IMG/VR virus record: IMGVR_UViG_3300007760_001418
Coordinates: 23,821-87,820 of that record
Strand: one strand, 5' to 3'
DNA from: a virus
Length of the DNA stretch: 64,000 nt
Position numbers and translations under genes: made by a program. Under the pieces are notes generated by a model. It had not been told where the DNA came from, did not search any database, and saw only the letters and a program-made list of their open reading frames with translations. Every line of letters begins with the position of its first letter. Position 1 is the first letter of the stretch. Positions 17,728 through 28,300 of the stretch are shown here, piece after piece.

Positions 17728-18180
17728 GTGCCTTGTGTAGTAAAAACCGGACCAAATAATCTTGGAACAGATATTCCATTATGGACTATTGAAGCCAGAT
17801 CTTTGCCGGCTAGTAACAAACTATATTTGAAGCACGACTTTACTATAGCATTTCCCAGTGTTCCATTTATCACAGCATCTGGACGAGGCGGGTTAGGTCT
17901 TGTCGACATCAGTATAATTAAAGTTACAAAATTTTATGTAGAGATAGCTATTAGTGGACCATCACCAGGATTGACAGTAGAAATGCATGCCATGGCATTA
18001 GACCCATCATTTAATTGTCCTTGTCCTACTTGGATAACCGGAATCCCAAGCCCTTGTGATGGAGGGCCAGAACTTGACCCTTGTTGTGAAGAAGGAATTG
18101 TTGGTAGCACAGGAGGAACGGCATGGGGTTGGGATACAAATAATTTCCCAGATGGTGCAACGGGGATGTTATGTGCATAA
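17728..18180 (+). CDS. Hypothetical, probable virion-associated protein
   Basis: FTIAFPSVPFITAS pattern; Cys/Pro/Gly-rich C-terminus; GGAG RBS. Confidence 0.55.
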   Translation: MPCVVKTGPNNLGTDIPLWTIEARSLPASNKLYLKHDFTIAFPSVPFITASGRGGLGLVDISIIKVTKFYVEIAISGPSPGLTVEMHAMALDPSFNCPCPTWITGIPSPCDGGPELDPCCEEGIVGSTGGTAWGWDTNNFPDGATGMLCA

Positions 18181-18198
18181 TGCAGGAGTTAAAGAATA

Positions 18199-21100
18199 AT
18201 GGGTAGCCCAAAAGATTTTCTAGCAAAACAGATTAGAACTACTCAAGTCATGGCCTCTGGCTCATTTGGCAATGAGTACCCAGATCTTCTAATTTATAGA
18301 ACCTGGCCTCATTATGATGGTGCACTTCCTCCACATATTGAAGCTGGTATTACAGGTACCGCTGGAGAACTAAGTATCGGTAAAGATGTTTGGTTTTATG
18401 TTGATGCAGCATCAGGGCCTAATCATCCTATTGGGCAAACCGGTGACAGCGGAACAGTAAGAGAAAATAATTCAGTTGTTCTATTTGCTGGTGATGTGGT
18501 GGTGTCTGGTACCCTGTGGGCTGAAAGACAAGTTCTAGAGGTTACCACCATCGCTTCTGATAAGTTTGAGGGCGACATGATCCTGTCTGGCAATTTATTT
18601 GCCAAGGATCAGTATTCAGGTTCAGGTGCAACTTTTATAGCACCTGGAGCAAATCAGTGGGTTGACTTTCAAAGTCTAGGTGGAACAAGCTTATTTGTCA
18701 TTGACTCTGTTAATGAACGAGTAGGTATCCATACCCCTGACCCATTGTTTGACCTTCACATCGTAGATGATAGAGAGGGGAATGCAAGGTTTGCAATCAC
18801 CCAATATGCTGATGATAGTCCAGGAGACGGGCCTGACATAATGCTTCAAAGATCTAGGGGTGATCTTTCTGCTGGTGCATCTGGTGTCGTCGATGGTGAT
18901 AGGTTGGGCTCAATATACTTCCAAGGTGCAGCTGGGCCCGCAGGGATATTGGGGAATGATCAGATTGCGGCAGCAGTCTCGGCTGTGGTTCAAGGTAACC
19001 CAACAATAGATGATGGTGGTGTACCAGCTGCTATAGGTTGGCGAACTGGTGATGGAACGGAAACAACACTTAAATGGCGCCTGGCAAGTTCTGCCGATGG
19101 CCGGATTGGCATCGGCGGCCATAATGCAACGAAAGATGGTGATGCACAACTCCATATTATATGGTCATCAGCCACCGGTGCGGGTGTTACCAGTGCCTTT
19201 GACCCGGGCGCGACCAGCATGTTGGTCGGTGATGGGCCGCTAAAGATAGAAGGCCTTGAGCTTGACACCACAGCTACCAAGAACCTTGTTATAAGCGATG
19301 ATGGTGTGGTCAAATATGGTTATGCAACTATTGGCCCTCCATGTGAGACAACATTATGTGATGGCGATCCTGATAACACTTATGCTGATGGGCTATTCAT
19401 GGACTGGACGGAGCTAACCCCTCTTGGTTGTGCCATCGATCGAATGAATGAAGTATTAGGGTCTATGGCACCCCAGCCTGCACCATTATGTAATTCACTT
19501 GATGAAGTTACAACAACAGTCGGTAATCTAGTTAGTTCTGATTTTAGGCCGGCTACGTTATCTGAGTTAACTCATCCGGAATGGTTAGGGGGTGGGCAAA
19601 CTGCACATGGTACTGTAAATGCTATTTCTGAATTTGTAGGACCAGTAGGAATGTTTCCTGGACCCATTATACAGAATGGCTATTATTCTGCTAATGCCGC
19701 GTCAGCTACGTATCCAGATCCAGAAGATCCTCGAGGTGCTACGTCACCTACTGAGCATGAAAGAGATCATCGGTTGGGTGTATTTTATGGACATGCGACA
19801 AACCTGGATGAACGGCCAACATTTAAGTGCATAATGAATTGGAATGATGATCAAGATCCTGCTAGCGGGGCTGCTATCGGTGCCAATTATCCAACAGGCG
19901 CTTTCGGGAGGGGTGACCAGGGTACCTTATCACTATGGGTTAATGGCACGATACAAGCGGAGTTGGTACTAGACGGTGCAACGGAGGGCGCAACGTCATC
20001 ATTAGGGGCAAATGGTGACCTTATATCTGTTGGCACTTTAGAGCCGGCACATTTTGATAATGGCGAAGAGCTTTGTACATATTTTCATAGAGAATCAGGT
20101 GAGGTACATATAGGTGGTACGTCAATGAGGCTCGGGTGGAACTGGGCCAGAATACAACATCATGGAACCGATATGGTCGATGAAGGAAATGGTATTTTCA
20201 CAAACTTCATTACATGGATCCTAGATGATCATGCTAATGAACCACAAATTAATCCCCAATCTACCCCGGCCGTAACAGAGAGTTCATACACATGGTTGTC
20301 TGGGGTGAAATACATAAAGACTGGAAATGTTGCGTATTCATACACTATCGATGGTGCATATGAAAACTTTTACTGGCCTACCAATGCTTTGGCAGGAAGT
20401 TATGCGGTTCAGTGGCATGATGAATCGCCAAATGGTGCAGCATTAACTCTACCGACACCAAAAGATTTGCCTGCAGCCGGCAGTTACACTGATACTGTTC
20501 TAAGTACCGCTATTCAAGATAATGCTGGTACCGCAAACTTATTGGTACCAACATGTAATCTTGTTAATGGCCGTTGGGGAGATGAAATAGACTTGAGAAT
20601 TACAGTTCAACACCCATTTGATAATGCAGATATCGGGCCCGATGCTGCTTGGGCCACAACTGCTAGTTGGAATAAGTGTTTCAAAGAAGAAATTGACAGT
20701 GGGTGGAATGATACATTCCTCATATATGATAGTGAATGGGATCATGGTACAGGGTATGCTGCCGAACCTACATGCGAAAGCACTACTGTAGAACTATTCC
20801 GGACTGAATATTGGAGACTCCAGGATAATGATAGTAATGGCTCTGGGACACATATGAATGATTATGATACCCAGAACGACGTAACTTCAGCTGTGGGTAC
20901 TGGTATTCCTGCCAATGCATGGAATTCTCAGATAGCTTTAAGTCCGGTTACCACCGGTCATAAAGGACTTCTTTGTTGCAAAGGTAGGCTTTCATCTCCG
21001 TCAAATACAGATCACGTAGCTGTGACCGATGGAAGGTTTGGCGATGTTAACCACCCAGCTGGAAATATAGATTATGATGGGGAAAATCACACTAATCATG

Positions 21101-21573
21101 TAAGATGGTTTTATCGAGCATTTCAAAATCCCCCTAGTGGCGGGTTTGAAGCTAGTTTCTTAATAAATATAGAGACCAATGATGGTGATTCTACAGATAT
21201 AGTTCCTCGTAATGATGAAGGTAGCAACTACCCTGCTGTCAATGCTGTAACAACAGGTGCCGATGTAGATAAAATGCTGGTCGAAATAAAACTACCTGAT
21301 GGTGGGAATGATACAACAGGGTGGATGGACTGTGCTACACAATTTCAACCCGGGCAATTTAATGATGGTGATGGATGCTTAGGGCCGGCGTATACCTCTC
21401 CTGCTAGTTGTACAGATTCACATCGTATATGTAATACTTCACCCGGTGAGATTAGAATTTTTCTTGACACTAGAAAAGTAGCTCCAGGGGAATGGATAGT
21501 CGTTCGGTTGTGTACCAGCGAAGGTTGGGTAGGGTCTATCAATAAATTAGAAGTTGACTGGGGTGGGTACTAA
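18199..21573 (+). CDS. Large virion structural / tail-fibre-like protein
   Basis: 1124 aa, G/T/D-rich, with fibre-type beta repeats (FAGDVVVSGTL, RVGIHTPDPLFDLHI, GRIGIG..AQLHI). Confidence 0.6.
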   Translation: MGSPKDFLAKQIRTTQVMASGSFGNEYPDLLIYRTWPHYDGALPPHIEAGITGTAGELSIGKDVWFYVDAASGPNHPIGQTGDSGTVRENNSVVLFAGDVVVSGTLWAERQVLEVTTIASDKFEGDMILSGNLFAKDQYSGSGATFIAPGANQWVDFQSLGGTSLFVIDSVNERVGIHTPDPLFDLHIVDDREGNARFAITQYADDSPGDGPDIMLQRSRGDLSAGASGVVDGDRLGSIYFQGAAGPAGILGNDQIAAAVSAVVQGNPTIDDGGVPAAIGWRTGDGTETTLKWRLASSADGRIGIGGHNATKDGDAQLHIIWSSATGAGVTSAFDPGATSMLVGDGPLKIEGLELDTTATKNLVISDDGVVKYGYATIGPPCETTLCDGDPDNTYADGLFMDWTELTPLGCAIDRMNEVLGSMAPQPAPLCNSLDEVTTTVGNLVSSDFRPATLSELTHPEWLGGGQTAHGTVNAISEFVGPVGMFPGPIIQNGYYSANAASATYPDPEDPRGATSPTEHERDHRLGVFYGHATNLDERPTFKCIMNWNDDQDPASGAAIGANYPTGAFGRGDQGTLSLWVNGTIQAELVLDGATEGATSSLGANGDLISVGTLEPAHFDNGEELCTYFHRESGEVHIGGTSMRLGWNWARIQHHGTDMVDEGNGIFTNFITWILDDHANEPQINPQSTPAVTESSYTWLSGVKYIKTGNVAYSYTIDGAYENFYWPTNALAGSYAVQWHDESPNGAALTLPTPKDLPAAGSYTDTVLSTAIQDNAGTANLLVPTCNLVNGRWGDEIDLRITVQHPFDNADIGPDAAWATTASWNKCFKEEIDSGWNDTFLIYDSEWDHGTGYAAEPTCESTTVELFRTEYWRLQDNDSNGSGTHMNDYDTQNDVTSAVGTGIPANAWNSQIALSPVTTGHKGLLCCKGRLSSPSNTDHVAVTDGRFGDVNHPAGNIDYDGENHTNHVRWFYRAFQNPPSGGFEASFLINIETNDGDSTDIVPRNDEGSNYPAVNAVTTGADVDKMLVEIKLPDGGNDTTGWMDCATQFQPGQFNDGDGCLGPAYTSPASCTDSHRICNTSPGEIRIFLDTRKVAPGEWIVVRLCTSEGWVGSINKLEVDWGGY

Positions 21574-21594
21574 TATGCATGTGGAGACTAAATA

Positions 21595-24500
21595 ATGGCT
21601 AATATGCTAAATGAAACAAGGCTTCAAATTGTATTGAAAAAGCTTGTAGGACGAGCTACAACTGTAGCTAAGTCTGATGAGGGTTACCTTAATGAAAAGT
21701 ACCCTACAAACATTACAACATCCGCAACAACTAGTTTTGCAGAGGCACTTCCAAACGTTCCACTTCGGCCCGGGCCGACGAATGGTACCGCTGGTATTCA
21801 AGGAACCCCTGGTACTATTACTAATAGTGCTGGTGCAGAATGTAATGATGGCGGTCCCGGAATTATGTATACAGATGGAGTTGTAGAATGTGTACAGCTT
21901 GATTTTATCCCAATTGATACCAGTGTATACCCAGGCCCGGATGGCTCTAATTTACAGTATCATGCATATAAAGCCAGGTTACCAAGTGATTACGATACCG
22001 ATAGTAATAATCCAAGAGCTGGTACAACAGGGTGGAATGGTGAAGACTATCTTTATGAAACACAGGGCCGGGTTCAGTGTATACCACCTATATTTGGATA
22101 TGATGATCCGACCGGCGGAGTTTATGCACCTGGCGACGGCACAGACAAAAGAATATACCAAATAAACGTTGAGCATGCGAGCGGGCCTATAGAAAATGCC
22201 GACCTTCGTAACTGGTATTTTGATTATTATAATGGTATCTTTTTTCAAGAACGATCTTATGAAGATGACGCCGGTAATGTATTACCTGAGCCTACAACCG
22301 GTGAGGTGTTACTTTACATCGGCGACTTTGTAGATGAAGCACTCCAGGTTGCCATGGAAATGCCGGCAGCTGACTCAGACTGGTGGGAAGCCGGCACGTC
22401 AGGACCATTCGATACTCATCTAATTACAACATCATCAGTAGCTATCGGCACAGGTCACACAGGCATTACTGCATACGATACTGGTAAGGATACATTCTTC
22501 TTTGTCGGTGGCACAGCTGGTAGTCGAGCAGAATGGCTAGCTGGTACGGGCGGTGCTCCTGGTGTTGCCCACTTCGGCGGGGACCTGGCACTCAGTGGAA
22601 ACCTTGCAGCAGGAAGTACTGCCACAGTCTCACCTAATGTATTGGTTGCACCCTTCGCGGAAGATGAGCCACAGTTTGCACACATAATGACTGGGTCATA
22701 CATCGATATCGGAAACTTTATCGAGGGTGGTGTTAGTGGTGGGTATGCATGCCCTGCTGATCCCACATTCGGTGGAGTAATAGCCTCGACGGAACTCTGC
22801 TATTATATTTTTGATAATGTTGAAGTTCCAGATGAAATTAATGGTGGGTATAGATCATTACAGACTGGAGACGGAATCGGTGCATGGTTAATTGATTCAA
22901 CCGGCGCGCAGCTATATTGCGGATATCACGACGGAACAAGCACACCTTTTGGAAGCCTGCCGACAGAGACAATTGTCGTTCACGGCTATGATTCCAATAC
23001 TCCGGGGACTAATGAATATTTTGTGTCTGGAGAAGTTCCTCAGTTTACGATTTATGACAACGTCGGTGGGAAGTGTTGGCCGGCTGAAGTTTGTGGAGCT
23101 CCTTGTGGTTTAACAGCTGCCGGTGGGTTCGCCGCCAATACGAGTAATTCACATACTACCTTACGCGGCACCGGTGTGGGCTATGATGAAGCGGGCTTTG
23201 TAGCCATCCGGCAAATCTGTCAACTAGAAAACCAACTCAGGTTCTCAGATAATAGTGTTGGTATTTTTACTGGTGGAGAAGAACCAGGCCTGTTGAACGG
23301 TGCCTTTGTCAGAGTCATTGAAGCTAGGGATGGTTCTGCAGGTGATATAGAGCTGTTAGCTGGAAAAAATAAGATCAATACGCCCCCTGACCACCTCGGA
23401 GGTACTAGCACAAATAGGGCTGGTAATATCAACATGCTTTCTGGTGATGGAGTCTGGGAGGGTGGTGATATCAATATCATTGCCGGCGGTTCAGGCGGGA
23501 CATGGACACTAGAGGGATCAGAAACTCCGGCTAGAGAGGGTGGCCCTTTCGGTGGCGATATCAGTATATTTGCAGGAGTAGGTGCATATGCTGGTAATAT
23601 TGCCATTGCTGGTGGGAAGTGTAATGGTTACTCATCAAGCAATCCAAATTATTTTGGTGGAGAAGTTACACAAAAGAGATCTGGTGATGTATACATCGAT
23701 GGTGGGAATACTGAAAGTGGTGAAAGCAAATTCCGAGCCAGTGTATTAATCAATACAGTCAAGGATCCGGGGGAAGGACCTAACTTTGGCCCGAACGGCG
23801 AGGGATGGTGCAATAGTAGGTTTGCAGAGTGGACAACAAATCAAATAGATGTTGCTGGAAATGATGTAACATTCGTCTGTAACCAAAAAGCAACTAGGCT
23901 GGCAGCGATGATGGCACCGAGTACCTCTCTTAATAAAATCTTAACAGCATGTGATTATCAAAATAATGTAGCACCTGGGGGTAGTTGGTCAGATGAAGCA
24001 TTAGAGGGCCCATTTCGAATAAGGTACTCATATGCCGGGGCTGGTTCACAATACCCAACACCAACCGGATGGTCTTTACCTCCTGCCAACGATTTATGTT
24101 GGCTTATTGAATGGGGAATGATTACAGTTACTACAACGGTACCAGCCGGAGAGCAATGGGAACTAAGAATAACGAAATTTGATCAAGGGTATGGTGGTGT
24201 TACTGGAGACACAACAATCAAAGGGTTGGCAGATGCACTCTTTGATATAGCACAACTAAATAACCCAGGCCTACCGAATCCCAAATGGAGAATATCTGTC
24301 TATGGGTCGCCGACGACCCAGTATGTACCGCCCCCTCTAGTAATTCCAATTTCTTTAACTTTCGATCCCAGCATAGGGAGTAACAACACAGCAGGTACAT
24401 CATTAGATTCTGGGGAGAATGGGTTTAGAGTAAGTAGTTTTCCAGATCCTGCTGATGAACTATATACGGATTCTAGGCGAGGCCTGGGTGTAGGACAACC

Positions 24501-25347
24501 TAACCCAGCCGCTACAATCCATATAACTGAAAATGGTAAATGGAAAGACCACCGGCCACAGTGCCCTACTGAATTCAGTTCCCCTATTGCAGTTGATGGT
24601 CTACAGGAACTGGACTATGGTGCACTAATGGTCACCCTCCCAGATATTTGGGGAGAATTCGGGCTTAATCAGGAAATGACTGATCTCGTTTATAAGCTTG
24701 ATCTAGCTACTAGTATTGCAATTATTGGGCTGGCTGGACAATTACAGGCTAGGCTTGGTAACGACGACGGCGATGATGTACCACCTAAAAAGTCACCGAT
24801 ACCAGTATATACAGACATAGTAAAAATTGATGGTACCCTGGTTAATTCTGGATTTATTACTAATGCAAGATATGAATTGGATACACAATTTAGGCCTGAA
24901 GAGCCACCAGTATGGCCGCCGCTTTGTCCTGATGGCAGCCAGCCACCATGTGATGAACCACATATAGAGTTTGACCCTTCCATACCAGGAATATTTGGGC
25001 AAGAAGAATTTGATAATACAGTTATGGTTGATACAACTGACATTCTTATTAAGGCCCAAGCCGATGCAAATGGCAAGGTGCTAGAATTGATACTGCCTTC
25101 TGGTATTAATTCCGTAGATGCTACAGGGGCACTGGTAAAAGAAATGTCTTATCCTGGTCTGGGAAGAGTAATACAGATAAAGGATTTCGGTGGTGAGGCT
25201 GGAACCAAGGATGGATTTGATATAAAGATTATCCCACAAGACGGTGAGTTAATCGATGGCCTTGTAGAAACAGTGCTAAACCAACCCTACTCAAGCATAA
25301 CGCTAATAGGAAATGGCCGAGATGGTTGGTCAGTGGGGGGCAGATAA
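21595..25347 (+). CDS. Large virion structural / tail-fibre-like protein
   Basis: 1250 aa with Gly-rich GDINIIAG/GNIAIAGG repeats, LGVGQPNPAATIHI and a C-terminal GRVIQIKD...IDG...SITLI..W fibre module. Confidence 0.6.
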   Translation: MANMLNETRLQIVLKKLVGRATTVAKSDEGYLNEKYPTNITTSATTSFAEALPNVPLRPGPTNGTAGIQGTPGTITNSAGAECNDGGPGIMYTDGVVECVQLDFIPIDTSVYPGPDGSNLQYHAYKARLPSDYDTDSNNPRAGTTGWNGEDYLYETQGRVQCIPPIFGYDDPTGGVYAPGDGTDKRIYQINVEHASGPIENADLRNWYFDYYNGIFFQERSYEDDAGNVLPEPTTGEVLLYIGDFVDEALQVAMEMPAADSDWWEAGTSGPFDTHLITTSSVAIGTGHTGITAYDTGKDTFFFVGGTAGSRAEWLAGTGGAPGVAHFGGDLALSGNLAAGSTATVSPNVLVAPFAEDEPQFAHIMTGSYIDIGNFIEGGVSGGYACPADPTFGGVIASTELCYYIFDNVEVPDEINGGYRSLQTGDGIGAWLIDSTGAQLYCGYHDGTSTPFGSLPTETIVVHGYDSNTPGTNEYFVSGEVPQFTIYDNVGGKCWPAEVCGAPCGLTAAGGFAANTSNSHTTLRGTGVGYDEAGFVAIRQICQLENQLRFSDNSVGIFTGGEEPGLLNGAFVRVIEARDGSAGDIELLAGKNKINTPPDHLGGTSTNRAGNINMLSGDGVWEGGDINIIAGGSGGTWTLEGSETPAREGGPFGGDISIFAGVGAYAGNIAIAGGKCNGYSSSNPNYFGGEVTQKRSGDVYIDGGNTESGESKFRASVLINTVKDPGEGPNFGPNGEGWCNSRFAEWTTNQIDVAGNDVTFVCNQKATRLAAMMAPSTSLNKILTACDYQNNVAPGGSWSDEALEGPFRIRYSYAGAGSQYPTPTGWSLPPANDLCWLIEWGMITVTTTVPAGEQWELRITKFDQGYGGVTGDTTIKGLADALFDIAQLNNPGLPNPKWRISVYGSPTTQYVPPPLVIPISLTFDPSIGSNNTAGTSLDSGENGFRVSSFPDPADELYTDSRRGLGVGQPNPAATIHITENGKWKDHRPQCPTEFSSPIAVDGLQELDYGALMVTLPDIWGEFGLNQEMTDLVYKLDLATSIAIIGLAGQLQARLGNDDGDDVPPKKSPIPVYTDIVKIDGTLVNSGFITNARYELDTQFRPEEPPVWPPLCPDGSQPPCDEPHIEFDPSIPGIFGQEEFDNTVMVDTTDILIKAQADANGKVLELILPSGINSVDATGALVKEMSYPGLGRVIQIKDFGGEAGTKDGFDIKIIPQDGELIDGLVETVLNQPYSSITLIGNGRDGWSVGGR

Positions 25348-25380
25348 TGACAACAATTATTTCTTATCGGAGATTAACTA

Positions 25381-28300
25381 ATGGCGTCTTATAGATGGTA
25401 TGACGGGCAACGTATATACGATACGTTAGATGACTTGAAAGAAATAAAGACCCAGGAGGCTCCTCCATTTAAGGGTACTATTGCTATTGTTACAAGTCCT
25501 GGATATAATTGTCCCGTTTCGAGTAACTGGGAATTATTTGATCGTGGATTTCAAAGCAAAAGAATAGAGGAAGCCCAGGGTGGTGGAGCCAGCGTTGAAG
25601 CTAATCTATGTGATCAAATTAAAGCATGGGATTATGAAAAAATCCTACAAGAAATTTTTAGACAAGAGGAAACTAGCTCTCTAGGGTTTGGGGGATATGA
25701 GGAATCAGATCCGGGCGCCGGCGGAAAAACCAGGTCCATGGCCATGGAAAATTGGGCTGCCCAACCATCTGAGAAACAAATAAGGGCTGTATATTCAAAG
25801 CACTTGGAATATATGGATGGCGACAGAACATGGTCACCTACACTATTCGATATAAAATATATTATTGCACCTATGATGATGCGGTCACTTGGCAAGGAAG
25901 ATGAAGATCTAGATTTAAGCGATCTCTATAAAAAGCTAATTGAGAGCCTGCTAAAGTCGACATACTCAGAGGTAGGTGAAAGATATGATTGCCTAAATGC
26001 CGCTCTAGACAGTGGCAGGTTCACAGCAATGCAAAGCTTTAGGGATGGTTTTATTACGAAGTCCGTTGAAGTTCAGGCCGGGGGATGGGTTGATTATGCC
26101 ATGTACACCCAAGGTGCACAACAAACTTCAGAGAATGGATATTATGGTAATGCTGAGTCACAAGCTTTCCAGGCTGAAGCAACATATGGCCAGGTGGCCT
26201 CACAAACTTCCGAGGATGATTGGAAAAACCAGGCCCAGCAAGCACAACAGGATTCTGCACCTCAAACTAAAATTGAAGAGCAACAGCTAGGTCCAATCAT
26301 AAGTTGCCTATCGGCTGGTGGTGAAGTTTTACTGCCTTGGGTTATGGATACGGAGGGGAAGGGTCAACCTATCGGATGGGTTGTTAATCCAGAAATTCCT
26401 GGTGCTATGGGAATTGATAGACCATTGGGGGAAGGCACTGTCCACCCCATGGGTCGGGAAACCACCTACATTTTTACTAGCCGTATTAATGTTGATCCGA
26501 TGTTATTTCCAATCCCGGATGAGCTTAACCGATACCTAAAGACAGAAGAAAAGGTACAAGGACCGGTTGCAATAAGCTATGCATATATCCAAGGGCAATG
26601 GGCACTGTATTCTGACCGTGATCCTAAAAGTAAGGGATTAGTACTAGATAAGCCAGAAGAAAACCAACAAGATGATCTAACATTAGAGTATTCTGTTGAT
26701 GGCAATGACTGGATCGAAGTTATTAATCATCCCGCTGATGATAATGAGCAGCCCGCGGTTCGCATGCGGAGAGGTGAAAATCCCTGGCGTGTACATGGGG
26801 TGGTCATTGACTCAGACGAAGAATTCTATATAAGGTTTGTACAAAAAAGCTTTAATAGAGGAAGCCACCGGGTATCTGATGAGTGGTCAATTGATGATGT
26901 TATTGTATGCGGCCTCGGCGGTGATGGTGAGTCCGCGGAAGTAAAGCAGGGTGAACCAAGATCAGGTGAAGGAACAAAGGAAGATTGTCTAGAGTATTGT
27001 GGACCAGGTACCGGTATTGGTGTCTATGTTTGGATTCCAACCATGCGACTCGAGGATGCCTGGATAGAGTTGCAGGGTGGCTCATGTCATGATGTATCAT
27101 TTAGTGAAGAACAAGAAGATGCAATCGGAATTGGTAGATTTGTCGTTCGACCGAATGATAGACAGGGTGGCACTACAAATAATCCTGAGAGTAATGGCGG
27201 GCCGGGAGACACCGGCCGGTGGGTAAGTGTAATCCCATCAGCATTATGGAAAAGACTATTAGGTCCAGAGCGACTCGAAACACATGTAATGTCACACCAA
27301 GATTGTCTTGCTGTATGTGATGGACCCCCTATTTCCAATAGTGCGGGTGGTGAGTATTATGGTGAGAAAGCGTTTGATACATTTGATGGATTTGATACAC
27401 TTTTACTTAAGCCTACCCCTCTCCGTCATGATGGATATGGGATATATGGTGGTGTCTGGTTACCAAAATTAGGAAATGAGGGCGATGAAGTAGAGATTCA
27501 TGTGACCGCAGCAATAAATGCTTGGGGGGCAGGGGTTTATGAATTTGAAACCGACACAACACCGGCTGTTGTTATTATGGTTCTTGACAGTTATGATTCC
27601 AACGGTGATGGGATCCCAGACGGTGATGGGTGGAATGGAACCGTATTACGGTTAAAGAATGTTGAGACAAATGAATTAGTAGATGGTGAGATTACTCTGC
27701 TGGATGGTGCCACCGGCGAAATTATGTTTACGTCTTTACAACCGGAGACTAAGTATCGGCTTTGGTGCCAAGAAGAAGGGAACTGGTCCTATGAAATAGG
27801 GATGGAAATTAAGGATCAAGATTCTGGAAGTGTATTACTCAATATTCCATTTGGTAGTATTACTGAAGCTGATCTGGCACCCGGTCATGATGTTAATAAT
27901 TCTGGTGGTAATGGTGGTGGCAATGACGGGCCACCTGAAATAACTGGGGAAGGACTCACTTTAAGAGTTTATTGTGGCACTGGTATTGAAGCCTATAGTA
28001 ACACAGAGGTAATGATCCAGAACTCAGAATTACTGGGTGAAGTTGAAGCCGATATGACAGGGATTGTAATCCCTGCAGGGCAGACTAAAGAACTGGGATT
28101 GAATCTTAAACTTAAAGCAATTCCTTGGGATTACCCAGAAGGCATGCCACCTGAAGCTATTGAGCAGTGTGACAGTCTTTGGAAGCAAATAGAAGATGCA
28201 AAGGCACAATGTCAGGCGACCGAGGCTTTATTAGCGGAGTTATACGTTACATATCATGAAAACGACTGTAATGGTGAGGGTGACCCAGAACTTTGTGCAC

